64,000 nt of DNA from assembly GCA_017559985.1 (NCBI GenBank), contig JAFYPW010000036.1, positions 23,295 to 87,294 on the forward strand, given 5' to 3'. Position 1 is the stretch's first letter; each line of letters opens with the position of its first letter. Below the pieces are notes generated by a model. It was given only the letters and a program-made list of their open reading frames with translations, had not been told where the DNA came from and searched no databases. This stretch comes from Oscillospiraceae bacterium (GTDB lineage Bacteria; Bacillota; Clostridia; Oscillospirales; JAAYXM01). Position numbers and translations under genes: made by a program. Below, piece after piece: positions 1 to 8,086 of the stretch.

Positions 1-81
1 GTTCAGCTTGCACACCCTGACTTTAAGTTTATGACAGGCGAAACACTCACACTTGAAGGCGGTCTCGGTCAGCGTCCGTAA
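1..81 (+). CDS. 3' end of a CDS entering from the left edge; tail resembles an SDR-fold (short-chain dehydrogenase / enoyl reductase type) C-terminus
   Basis: Frame 1 is open from base 1 to TAA at 79-81. The tail '...FMTGETLTLEGGLGQRP' resembles the 'ITGqtlxvDGG' C-terminal motif of SDR enzymes. A hairpin terminator follows. Confidence 0.4.
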   Translation, partial: VQLAHPDFKFMTGETLTLEGGLGQRP

Positions 82-92
82 AACGAATAAAT

Positions 93-125
93 AAAAAGCC
101 GTTGCATCGCAACGGCTTTTATGTT
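93..125. terminator. Bidirectional rho-independent terminator between convergent genes
   Basis: Stem GCCGTTGC (98-105), loop ATC, stem GCAACGGC (109-116). An A-run lies 5' and a T-run 3'. Confidence 0.6.
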
Positions 126-126
126 T

Positions 127-615
127 TTAAAGATATTTTTTTGTCAGTTTCACATATTCTTCGGCGTTTTCTTTTATTGACTCAATCTGTTCGTCGGAAA
201 GTTCGCGCTTGACGCTTGCCGGTGAGCCGATAATGAGGCTTTTTGGCGGGAAAACCTTTCCGCCCGTGACAAGCGCGCCTGCACCCACTATTGAGCATTC
301 ACCGATTTCCGCACCGTCGAGGACGATTGCGCCCATTCCGATAAGCACGTTGTCGCAAACGGTACAGCCGTGAACAATAGCATTGTGGCCGACTGTAACA
401 CCGTTTCCTATTCTGGTTTTTGAGTGAACGGTTGCGTTGTCCTGAATGTTTGAGTTGTTTCCGATAACGATTTTGCCTTCGTCGCCACGTATTGCCGCAC
501 CGAACCATACACTGACGTTGTCACCGAGTGTAACGTCACCGCAGACAGTGGCAGTTTCTGCAACAAAGGTATCTTTGCCGATAGACGGCGTTTTGTTGTC
601 AAAGCTTTTTATCAT
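127..615 (-). CDS. Gamma-class carbonic anhydrase family / hexapeptide-repeat (LbH) protein (YrdA/PaaY-like)
   Basis: 162 aa with repeated hexapeptide pattern ('GDNVSVWFGAAIRGD', 'IGNNSNIQDNATVHS', 'IGNGVTVGHNAIVHGC'), a size and layout typical of the gamma-CA family. Confidence 0.85.
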   Translation of the reverse strand: MIKSFDNKTPSIGKDTFVAETATVCGDVTLGDNVSVWFGAAIRGDEGKIVIGNNSNIQDNATVHSKTRIGNGVTVGHNAIVHGCTVCDNVLIGMGAIVLDGAEIGECSIVGAGALVTGGKVFPPKSLIIGSPASVKRELSDEQIESIKENAEEYVKLTKKYL

Positions 616-638
616 TTTTAATTTACCTCAGCTGAAAT

Positions 639-1454
639 TTATTTCGATGCGTTTATGAGTATATCGACCGATGCGTCATAATACGGATGGGAAGCAATAT
701 ATTTTGTCGAAATGGGCTCCTCCTCACTCGGTGAGAAGGCAGACATAGCTATGTCAACCTCACCGTTGTCAAGAGCTTTTAGGAGTTCTTTTTCCGAATA
801 TTCTTTTATAATAAGGTCGCGCCCCATATAAGCGGCAATTTCGTGTGCAACATCTGCATTTACGCCGACAAGGCTTCCGCCTTCGGCACGGTAATTAAAG
901 GGATAGTTATCATCCGAGCAGATACCGATTGTTATTGTTGCACCTTTGCGCTTGACCACAATTTCCGGGCGGGCATACGGCTCTTTTGCATTCTTTGCAT
1001 AAGGCGAATGAGCGGTTGCAATCTTATCTGCTGTGCCGTTGTTCTGAATGAGCGTAAGTGCGGCGTCAACTACGATTGAAGATTCAAAAGACGAAAGACA
1101 AAGCGCGCGGATATCCTTTTCCACAAACGGAGCGTAAAGCTTTTCAAAGTTATCTGAATTTTCAAGCTCGTTCTTTATATATACAGTCGGGAGCACCATT
1201 CCGTGGATTTTCTTGCTTTTAAGTGCGCTCACGCCTTTTTCGGCAGAAGCGAAGGTTTTGATGTCGGGAGAGTCAATGTTGTCTGTTATAACCTTTTTGT
1301 CAACAAGACCGTCTACCGTTCCGAGCTTATATCCGCCAAATTGCTGTGCAACGAGAAAGCCGATTTGGGGCGGCTCCTTGTATTCATCAGAGCAAGCGGA
1401 AAAAAGCGAAAGCATGAGAAGGGCGGAAAGAAGCCCGCAAATGAGTTTTTTCAT
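639..1454 (-). CDS. Lipoprotein, family-3 (amino-acid type) solute-binding protein fold, apparently circularly permuted; no ABC partner genes adjacent
   Basis: Signal peptide plus lipobox 'LSLFSAC'. The C-terminal 100 aa ('TITIGICSDDNYPFNYR..GVNADVAHEIAAYMGRDLII..LLKALDNGEVDIAMSAFSPSEE..YYDASVDILI') match what is normally the N-terminal part of SBP_bac_3 proteins. Confidence 0.75.
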   Translation of the reverse strand: MKKLICGLLSALLMLSLFSACSDEYKEPPQIGFLVAQQFGGYKLGTVDGLVDKKVITDNIDSPDIKTFASAEKGVSALKSKKIHGMVLPTVYIKNELENSDNFEKLYAPFVEKDIRALCLSSFESSIVVDAALTLIQNNGTADKIATAHSPYAKNAKEPYARPEIVVKRKGATITIGICSDDNYPFNYRAEGGSLVGVNADVAHEIAAYMGRDLIIKEYSEKELLKALDNGEVDIAMSAFSPSEEEPISTKYIASHPYYDASVDILINASK

Positions 1455-1496
1455 AAGAAAACACCTTTCTGTTTAAAGAGTTGATTTATTATATCA

Positions 1497-1539
1497 CGAA
1501 AAAACAAATAAGACAACTTCCGTAAACGAAGTTGTCTTA
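1497..1539 (-). terminator. Rho-independent terminator after the TM2/zinc-ribbon gene
   Basis: 12-bp stem TAAGACAACTTC (1509-1520) pairs with GAAGTTGTCTTA (1528-1539). A T-run follows on the minus strand (complement of 1497-1508). Confidence 0.6.
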
Positions 1540-1553
1540 TCCTTTGAAGGTTG

Positions 1554-1937
1554 TTAAATGAGCTTTTCCGGATTTACGACATATGTGTCCATTGCAATTC
1601 TGACAAGGTCAATAAGCGCAAGTATTTCTCCTATGCCGCAGCAGAAAGACATAATGATTTTGAAAATTCCCTTTTTCGTTTCACCCATTATAAAATTATG
1701 GATGCCGAGTCCGCCGAGGAAAAGGCATACTAAAATCATAACAATTTTATCCTGACCTGCAAGGTCGCTTCCGGGCTTCTTTACCGCAACACCGCAGTTC
1801 ATACATACATCGGCACCTGACGGAAGTGAAGCGCCGCAATTTGCGCAAAAGTTTGTTCCTTTACCAACCTTGACGCCGCACTTGATGCAGATCGCCTGGT
1901 TTTCGTGCATAGGTTCGCCACAGTTTTTACAATACAT
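1554..1937 (-). CDS. Zinc-ribbon plus TM2-domain small membrane protein
   Basis: Three CxxC pairs at the N-terminus ('CKNCG','CIKCG','CANCG','CMNCG'), then two TM helices with 'GGLGIHNF..G' typical of TM2 domains. Confidence 0.7.
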   Translation of the reverse strand: MYCKNCGEPMHENQAICIKCGVKVGKGTNFCANCGASLPSGADVCMNCGVAVKKPGSDLAGQDKIVMILVCLFLGGLGIHNFIMGETKKGIFKIIMSFCCGIGEILALIDLVRIAMDTYVVNPEKLI

Positions 1938-2016
1938 ACATAGACCCTCCTTTTTGCTATTTGTATGTACTTAAAATGTATCATATGATACGGAGGATTG
2001 TCAACAAAAATTGAGT

Positions 2017-2367
2017 TTATACGACAGAGGTCATATTGATTAAGAACCCTATGACAATGAGGGAATAAAACAAAATATTTGCCAAGCGGGTTTTAAAAAG
2101 TCTCCCGTCATATAAAAAGGCGAGATATAAAAGAGGAAGCGACCAGAACATAAGATGGTGAGAAAACGCCGCGCGGAAATCGAGCGAAAAAGCAGAAATT
2201 ATGGCTCTTGTCATACCGCAACCGGGACATTTCATTCCGGTAATTGCAAGAATGGGGCAGGAAACGGGAGACAGATAGAGAAGAACCGCATACAACAAAA
2301 CGGCGAGCGTAATAAAAAGCTTATATTTAAGGTTTCTGATTTTCAATTTCACCACCTCACCTGACAT
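2017..2367 (-). CDS. DUF2752-type small membrane protein
   Basis: 116 aa and hydrophobic. The 'CPGCGMTRA' motif after the first TM is characteristic of DUF2752. Confidence 0.6.
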   Translation of the reverse strand: MSGEVVKLKIRNLKYKLFITLAVLLYAVLLYLSPVSCPILAITGMKCPGCGMTRAIISAFSLDFRAAFSHHLMFWSLPLLYLAFLYDGRLFKTRLANILFYSLIVIGFLINMTSVV

Positions 2368-2424
2368 TATAAGTTATGTTTTGCAAAAACACAAGAAAAG
2401 AGCAGAATTTTTTGTGTATATCAT

Positions 2425-2454
2425 TTGACAGAGAGAAGTTTTTTGGTGTATAAT
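2425..2454 (+). promoter_or_regulatory. Sigma-A-like promoter for alaS
   Basis: TTGACA (2425-2430), 18-nt spacer, TATAAT (2449-2454), with TG immediately upstream. It lies about 70 nt before the alaS ATG. Confidence 0.5.
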
Positions 2455-2524
2455 GTAATCTGTGTAAAAATGACCGCAAAAAGTTATTGAAAATTCATAT
2501 AAATCGCATTGGAGGTTTTTTGAA

Positions 2525-5158
2525 ATGCAGTATATGGGATTAAACGAACTTCGCGAAAAGTTTTTAAGCTTCTTTGAAAGCAAGGGGCATCTTCGCCTTA
2601 AAAGCTTTCCGCTTCTTCCGCAGGGGGACAACTCTCTCCTGCTCATAAACTCCGGTATGGCGCCGATGAAGCCGTACTTCTCCGGAGAGGCAACCCCTCC
2701 GAGAACCCGCGTTACCACCTGCCAGAAGTGTATCCGCACACCTGACATTGAGCGCGTCGGCAAGACATCACGCCACGGCACGTTCTTTGAAATGCTCGGA
2801 AACTTCTCGTTCGGTGACTATTTCAAACCCGAGGCAACAAAATGGGCATGGGAGTTTGTTACGGAAGTTCTTGAAATTCCGAAGGACAAGCTCTATGTTT
2901 CCGTATACCTTGACGACGACGAAACCTACAATATGTGGGTTAACGATCACGGTGTAGACCCGTCGCATATGGTCCGTCTCGGTAAGGAGGATAACTTCTG
3001 GGAAATCGGAGCAGGTCCGTGCGGTCCGTGTTCTGAAATATACTTTGACCGAGGTCCCGAGAACGGTTGCGGCTCGCCCGATTGCAAGGTCGGTTGTGAT
3101 TGCGACAGATACGTCGAGTTCTGGAACCTTGTTTTCACACAGTTCAACAACGACGGCAACAATAACTACACAGAGCTCAAACAGAAGAACATTGATACAG
3201 GTATGGGCCTTGAACGCCTTGCCTGCATTATGCAGGGTGTTAACTCACTCTTTGATGTTGACACCGTAAAGAACGTTACAGCTCACATTTCACGTATTGC
3301 AAAGGCAAACTACGGCGAAAACGACAAGACAGACGTTTCTCTCCGCATTATCACAGACCACATCCGCTCAACGACAATGATGGTCTGCGACGGAGTTATG
3401 CCGTCAAACGAGGGCAGAGGCTATGTTCTCCGCCGTCTCCTCCGCCGCGCGGCACGTCACGGCAGACTCCTCGGCATTGAGGGAACCTTCCTTCACGATG
3501 TCTGCGATACGGTAATCAAAGAAAGCGGCGGTGCATATCCCGAGCTCATTGAAAAAGCAGAGTATATCAAAAAGGTAATCAAAAACGAGGAAGAGGGCTT
3601 TAACCGCACGATAGATGCAGGTCTCTCGATTCTCGAAGATATGATAAAGAAGCTTTCTGCAAGCGGCGGAAAGACACTTTCCGGCGACGATGCGTTCAAG
3701 CTTGCAGACACATTCGGATTCCCGATAGACCTTACGGTTGAAATTTTAGAGGAAAAGGGTCTCTCTGTTGACCGCGAGCGCTTTGACGCCTGCCTCACAG
3801 AGCAGAAGGAGCGCGCACGCGCGGCAACAGCTTCTCTCGGCGATTTTGCATGGGAAAAGCTCGACCTCGGCCTTGACAAGAGTGTAAAGACAGAGTTTAT
3901 CGGCTATGAGTCACGCACAGGCGAGGGCAAAGTTCTTGCTATGGTAAGCGGTGGCGAGGTAGTTGAGAGCGCATCCGCTCCTGCACGCGTTGAGATAGTG
4001 CTTGACCGCACGCCTTTCTATGCGGAATCGGGCGGTCAGCTCGCAGACGTCGGCAAAATCAGGACAGATGCGGGACTCGTTAAAATTGAAAATGTAAAGA
4101 AGACAAAGGACGGAAAATTCCTCCACATCGGCGAGGTCTGTGAGGGCAGCATTTCAAAGGGCGATAAGGTTGAGTGCAAGGTCTGCTCCTGCCGCCGTGA
4201 GGCGACAGAGCGTGCACACTCCGCAACGCACCTTCTCCAGAAGGCGCTTCGCTCGGCACTCGGCACACACGTTGAGCAGGCAGGCTCGCTTGTCGGCCCC
4301 GACAGCATCCGCTTTGACTTTACGCACTTCTCGGCAATGACAACAGAGGAGATTTTGGCAGTTGAGCGCGAGGTAAACAAGAACATTCTTGCGGGTCTTG
4401 AAGTTACGGTTCGTGAAATGCCGATTGAAGAGGCAAAGAAGCTTGGCGCGATGGCACTTTTCGGCGAGAAATACGGCGACACGGTCCGCGTTGTAACAAT
4501 GGGCGACTATTCGCTTGAACTTTGTGGCGGTACACACCTTGACAACACGGCAAAGGCAGGAATATTCAAGATTGTTTCCGAGTCAAGCGTTGCAGCAGGT
4601 GTCCGCAGAATTGAAGCTATCTGCGGTATGAACGTAATTGAGAAGATTGCAGAGCTTGAAGGCACCGTAGCAGAGGTCTCAAATGCACTCAAAGCAGCTC
4701 CGAAGGAGGTTGTTACAAAGGCAGCTTCCGCTATGGACGAGATAAAGGCTCTCAGAGCAGAGATTTCGGCTATGAACTCAAAGCTTGCGCGCCTTGATGC
4801 TGCCGAATACTTAAACGAAGCTTCCGATATGGGCGGTATTAAGTTTGTTGCAAAGGTTATAAAGAACGCAAAAGCCGATGACCTTCGCGCGATAAGCGAT
4901 GTCATCCGTGACCTTGACGGAAATGCTGTCGCTGTTCTTGCAACCGTAACAGGTGAGAAGATAGTGTTCACCGCAACTTGTGGTAAAGATGCTGTTGCCC
5001 GCGGCATAAAGGCAGGCGACCTTGTCCGTGAAACGGCGAAGACAGCCGGCGGCAACGGCGGCGGTAAGCCTGACTTTGCAATGGCAGGCGGAAATGATGT
5101 ATCAAAGCTTGATGCGGCACTCTCTGCTGCGCGCGATTTTGTCGCAAGTAAGGCATAG
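2525..5158 (+). CDS. alaS: Alanine--tRNA ligase
   Basis: 877 aa. N-terminus 'LNELREKFLSFFESKGH', 'FFEMLGNFSFGDYFK', editing-domain 'HSATHLL', 'CGGTH', and a C-terminal DHHA1-like 'GGGGKPDFA'. Confidence 0.97.
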   Translation: MQYMGLNELREKFLSFFESKGHLRLKSFPLLPQGDNSLLLINSGMAPMKPYFSGEATPPRTRVTTCQKCIRTPDIERVGKTSRHGTFFEMLGNFSFGDYFKPEATKWAWEFVTEVLEIPKDKLYVSVYLDDDETYNMWVNDHGVDPSHMVRLGKEDNFWEIGAGPCGPCSEIYFDRGPENGCGSPDCKVGCDCDRYVEFWNLVFTQFNNDGNNNYTELKQKNIDTGMGLERLACIMQGVNSLFDVDTVKNVTAHISRIAKANYGENDKTDVSLRIITDHIRSTTMMVCDGVMPSNEGRGYVLRRLLRRAARHGRLLGIEGTFLHDVCDTVIKESGGAYPELIEKAEYIKKVIKNEEEGFNRTIDAGLSILEDMIKKLSASGGKTLSGDDAFKLADTFGFPIDLTVEILEEKGLSVDRERFDACLTEQKERARAATASLGDFAWEKLDLGLDKSVKTEFIGYESRTGEGKVLAMVSGGEVVESASAPARVEIVLDRTPFYAESGGQLADVGKIRTDAGLVKIENVKKTKDGKFLHIGEVCEGSISKGDKVECKVCSCRREATERAHSATHLLQKALRSALGTHVEQAGSLVGPDSIRFDFTHFSAMTTEEILAVEREVNKNILAGLEVTVREMPIEEAKKLGAMALFGEKYGDTVRVVTMGDYSLELCGGTHLDNTAKAGIFKIVSESSVAAGVRRIEAICGMNVIEKIAELEGTVAEVSNALKAAPKEVVTKAASAMDEIKALRAEISAMNSKLARLDAAEYLNEASDMGGIKFVAKVIKNAKADDLRAISDVIRDLDGNAVAVLATVTGEKIVFTATCGKDAVARGIKAGDLVRETAKTAGGNGGGKPDFAMAGGNDVSKLDAALSAARDFVASKA

Positions 5159-5170
5159 GAGGAAAGGTCA

Positions 5171-5512
5171 ATGTCAGATTGCTTGTTTTGTAGGATAGTT
5201 GCGGGCGAAATTCCGTCAACAAAGGTTTATGAGGACGAGCTTGTGCTTGCATTCCGAGATATTGCGCCTCAGGCACCGACACATATCCTCGTTATCCCGA
5301 AAGAGCATATCGCGTCTGTTGCAGAGATAAATTGCGAAAACTCAAAGGTTGTTTCACACATCTTTGAAGTGATTGCAAAGATTGCAAAGGACGAGGGGCT
5401 TTGCAGCGGATATCGCGTGGTTTCAAATTGCGGCGATGATGCCGGGCAGACAGTTCACCATCTGCATTTCCATATACTTGGCGGAAAGAAGCTCAATGTA
5501 GAAATGGCATAA
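5171..5512 (+). CDS. HIT-family (histidine triad) nucleotide-binding protein
   Basis: 113 aa with 'CLFCRI' and the histidine triad 'HHLHFHILGG'. SD AGGAGG lies upstream. Confidence 0.9.
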   Translation: MSDCLFCRIVAGEIPSTKVYEDELVLAFRDIAPQAPTHILVIPKEHIASVAEINCENSKVVSHIFEVIAKIAKDEGLCSGYRVVSNCGDDAGQTVHHLHFHILGGKKLNVEMA

Positions 5513-5518
5513 ATCAAA

Positions 5519-5556
5519 CCGCATCTGCAAAAAAGCAGATGCGGCTTATTTTTTTG
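5519..5556 (+). terminator. Rho-independent terminator after the alaS-HIT unit
   Basis: Perfect 10-bp stem CCGCATCTGC (5519-5528) / GCAGATGCGG (5535-5544) with an A6 loop, followed by CTTATTTTTTT. Confidence 0.8.
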
Positions 5557-5565
5557 AAAAAATGC

Positions 5566-5594
5566 TTGACAAATATTTCATATATGTGTATTAT
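5566..5594 (+). promoter_or_regulatory. Sigma-A-like promoter for the feo operon
   Basis: TTGACA (5566-5571), 17-nt spacer, TATTAT (5589-5594). Confidence 0.5.
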
Positions 5595-5601
5595 ATATAC
5601 G

Positions 5602-5617
5602 GTTAGCAGGTGCTAAC
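5602..5617. promoter_or_regulatory. Palindrome GTTAGC-AGGT-GCTAAC at the predicted feoA transcription start (candidate operator or 5'-terminal RNA hairpin)
   Basis: GTTAGCAGGTGCTAAC is a perfect inverted repeat starting about 8 nt after the -10 box. The same half-sites recur at 5920-5937. Confidence 0.4.
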
Positions 5618-5662
5618 TCATATTGTTTAAAAGATTTGCATAAGCTGTTTTGGGTGGTATAT

Positions 5663-5878
5663 ATGAATTTAGCAGAAGCCATTGAGGGCAAGAAATACAT
5701 AATAGAGCGCATCGACACCGACGATGAAGAGCTAAACTCGTTTCTTTTTTCGCTCGGCTGTTACAGCGGTGAGCCGATTACCGTAATTGCACATCGCCGC
5801 GGCGGGTGCACGGTTTCCATAAAAGACGGGAGATACAGCATTGATACACAGCTTGCAAAGGCAATACTTCTTGCGTAA
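5663..5878 (+). CDS. feoA: Ferrous iron transport protein A (FeoA)
   Basis: 71 aa from the ATG at 5663 (the track ORF starts earlier at a TTG). It shows an SH3-like FeoA pattern ('GKKYIIERID..','LGCYSGEPITVIA..GGCTVSIKDGRYSIDTQLAKAILL') and sits directly upstream of feoB. Confidence 0.85.
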   Translation: MNLAEAIEGKKYIIERIDTDDEELNSFLFSLGCYSGEPITVIAHRRGGCTVSIKDGRYSIDTQLAKAILLA

Positions 5879-5919
5879 ATTTTGCCGTGTCGTGTGGCAC
5901 GGTTTGATTTCCGGAGGGC

Positions 5920-5937
5920 GGTTAGCGGTTGCTAACC
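5920..5937. promoter_or_regulatory. Second palindrome GGTTAGC-GGTT-GCTAACC just upstream of the feoB SD
   Basis: Perfect 7-4-7 inverted repeat containing the same GTTAGC/GCTAAC half-sites as 5602-5617. It ends about 5 nt before GGATGAGGAGG, the feoB RBS. Confidence 0.4.
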
Positions 5938-5957
5938 AAGGATGAGGAGGAAAATGG

Positions 5958-7916
5958 ATGAGAATTGCTCTGACAGGCAATCCCAACAGCGGCAAAACGA
6001 CGATGTTCAACGCGTTGACGGGCTGTAATGAAAAAGTCGGCAACTGGGCGGGGGTTACCGTTGAGAAGAAAGAACACTCAATCAGGAAAAATTTTTATGA
6101 CGGACGGGAAGAACTTATCGCGGTTGACCTTCCGGGTGCATATTCAATGTCTCCGTTCACATCGGAGGAAAGCATCACAAGCTCATATGTAAAAGACGAG
6201 AATCCCGATGTTATTGTCAACATCGTGGATGCGACAAATTTAAGCCGCAGCCTTTTCTTTACGACACAGCTTTTAGAACTTGGGATACCGGTTGTTGTTG
6301 CGCTCAATAAGGCAGATATCAACAAGAAAAAACAGACAAAGATAGACGCTCGGGCACTTTCGGCAAAGCTCGGGTGTGCCGTTGTCGAAACTGTTTCTGT
6401 ATCTTCTGACGGTCTTTCAGAGGTTATAAAAACGGCTGTTGCGGCAGTGGGTAATACGCAAAAAGCACCGTATAATCAGGGGAATGTTGACCTTGCGGAC
6501 AAAAAGGCAGCGCTTACGGCAGACCGTGCGCGCTTTGAGTTTGTAAACAACATTGTAAAAAGTGTTGAAAGCCGTAAGATTTTTACAAATAAGAAGAACT
6601 TCCAGGACAAAATAGACGCGGTTCTTACCAACAAATGGCTCGGTATTCCGATTTTTGCCGTTGTTATGTACCTTGTGTTCCAGATTTCGCAGGTATGGGT
6701 AGGAACGCCGATTGCCGACCGGCTTGTGGCTGTTCTTGAAAACTTCCAGGCTTTTGTCGGTGAGCTTTTTGCAGATGCAAACCCGCTTCTCTCGGCGCTT
6801 CTTGTTGACGGAGTTCTCGGCGGGGTTATTGCGGTTATCGGATTTTTGCCGCTTGTTATGGTTATGTATTTCCTTATCGCACTTCTTGAAGACTGCGGGT
6901 ATATGTCCCGTGTTGCGGTAGTGCTCGATCCGATATTTAAAAGAGTCGGCCTTTCGGGAAAATCAGTTATCCCGTTTGTCATGACGATCGGCTGTGCAGT
7001 TCCGGGCATTATGGCAAGTCGCACAATCCGCAATGAGCGTGAGAGGCGTGCAACGGCAATGCTTGCTCCGTTTATGCCCTGCGGCGCAAAGATTCCGGTA
7101 ATTGCTCTTTTTGCCGGCGCGTTCTTTGAAGATGCCGGCTGGGTAAGCACAACGATGTACCTTTCGGGTATAGTTCTGATATTTCTCTCGGCGCTTCTTA
7201 TAAACAAAATTACGGGCTATAAGGCACGTAAGTCCTTCTTCATCATCGAGCTTCCTGAGTACAGGTTTCCGGACCTTGGCGGTGCGTTCAGGTCAATGTG
7301 CTCACGTGGCTGGGCGTACATAGTAAAAGCGGGAACAATTATTCTCCTTTGCAACACTGCAATCCAGATTATGCAGACATTTGACTGGAACTTTACTGTG
7401 GCAGAGAGTGCAGATACGTCAATCCTTGCATCAATAGCGCGTCCGATTGCATACCTGCTTGTTCCGGTTGTGGGATATCACGCGTGGCAGCTTGCGGCGG
7501 CAACAGTCTCCGGATTTATCGCAAAAGAAAATGTTGTGGCGACGATAGCGGTCTGCTATGCAATGACAGATGTTGCAAAAGAGCTTCCGGGAGCGACTCC
7601 CGAGCTTACTGCCGCCTCCGCTCTTGCTTATCTTATGTTCAATCTCTACACTCCGCCGTGCTTTGCCGCAATCGGCGCTATGAATGCTGAGATGAAGAGC
7701 TCAAAATGGCTGTGGGGCGCAATCGGTCTCCAGCTCGGTGTCGGTTTTACGGTAGGCTATCTTGTATATCAGACAGGCACGCTTATCGTTGAGGGAACAT
7801 TCGGAGCAGGTTTTGTCCCGGGCCTCATTGCAGTAGCAGTTTTTGCGGCTGTTGTTTCCTGTCTCATTAAAAAAGCAAACAGAAGCATTGGGAGAGAATA
7901 TGCCCTCTCGGAATAA
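5958..7916 (+). CDS. feoB: Ferrous iron transporter FeoB
   Basis: 652 aa. N-terminal G-domain ('GNPNSGKTTMFNALTG', 'DLPGAYS', 'NKAD') followed by a polytopic membrane domain. Confidence 0.95.
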   Translation: MRIALTGNPNSGKTTMFNALTGCNEKVGNWAGVTVEKKEHSIRKNFYDGREELIAVDLPGAYSMSPFTSEESITSSYVKDENPDVIVNIVDATNLSRSLFFTTQLLELGIPVVVALNKADINKKKQTKIDARALSAKLGCAVVETVSVSSDGLSEVIKTAVAAVGNTQKAPYNQGNVDLADKKAALTADRARFEFVNNIVKSVESRKIFTNKKNFQDKIDAVLTNKWLGIPIFAVVMYLVFQISQVWVGTPIADRLVAVLENFQAFVGELFADANPLLSALLVDGVLGGVIAVIGFLPLVMVMYFLIALLEDCGYMSRVAVVLDPIFKRVGLSGKSVIPFVMTIGCAVPGIMASRTIRNERERRATAMLAPFMPCGAKIPVIALFAGAFFEDAGWVSTTMYLSGIVLIFLSALLINKITGYKARKSFFIIELPEYRFPDLGGAFRSMCSRGWAYIVKAGTIILLCNTAIQIMQTFDWNFTVAESADTSILASIARPIAYLLVPVVGYHAWQLAAATVSGFIAKENVVATIAVCYAMTDVAKELPGATPELTAASALAYLMFNLYTPPCFAAIGAMNAEMKSSKWLWGAIGLQLGVGFTVGYLVYQTGTLIVEGTFGAGFVPGLIAVAVFAAVVSCLIKKANRSIGREYALSE

Positions 7917-7930
7917 GGGGTTGATTTTGT

Positions 7931-8086
7931 ATGACAAATATCATCGTCATAGCAGTGCTGCTTGTGATTATTGGCGTGGCGGCGGGGTATGTGATAAAAG
8001 AGAAAAAGAGCGGAAAGAAATGTATCGGTTGTCCGCATGGCGGTTCGTGTAACGGTTGTGCGGCTTGTGATAAGGAGGAAGAATAA
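7931..8086 (+). CDS. FeoB-associated Cys-rich small membrane protein (51 aa; absent from the supplied ORF track)
   Basis: My translation is MTNIIVIAVLLVIIGVAAGYVIKEKKSGKKCIGCPHGGSCNGCAACDKEEE*. It has one TM helix and a C-terminal CxxC..C..CxxC cluster. It begins 15 nt after the feoB stop, and its TAA overlaps the next ATG (TAATG). Confidence 0.7.
   Translation: MTNIIVIAVLLVIIGVAAGYVIKEKKSGKKCIGCPHGGSCNGCAACDKEEE

Noticed and set aside
2368-2524. Looked for a T-box leader upstream of alaS
   Set aside because: The predicted promoter (2425-2454) leaves only about a 70-nt leader. I saw no specifier/antiterminator architecture or T-box consensus (AGGGUGGNACCGCG-like), and the leader is too short for a T-box riboswitch.
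5883-5910. Weak hairpin CCGTG(N8)CACGG followed by TTGATTT just after the feoA stop
   Set aside because: It has only 5 bp plus one G-U pair and an interrupted T-run. It could be a leaky attenuator between feoA and feoB, but the evidence is too thin to call.
6476-7207. 243-aa minus-strand ORF antisense to feoB, plus similar long antisense ORFs at 4507-5055, 19286-19890, 23113-23709, 38000-38662, 47703-48338 and 48770-49318
   Set aside because: All lie opposite confidently identified genes (alaS, feoB, hemZ, flippase, ntpE, addB). Their translations are Ser/Arg/Pro/Ala-rich low-complexity strings without motifs or ribosome-binding sites.
7843-8052. 69-aa track ORF overlapping the feoB 3' end and the feoB-HMA spacer
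   Set aside because: It is in a different frame from the 51-aa Cys-rich ORF (7931-8086), which has a TM helix, a CxxC-rich tail and translational coupling to the next gene. The 69-aa translation has no features and overlaps feoB.
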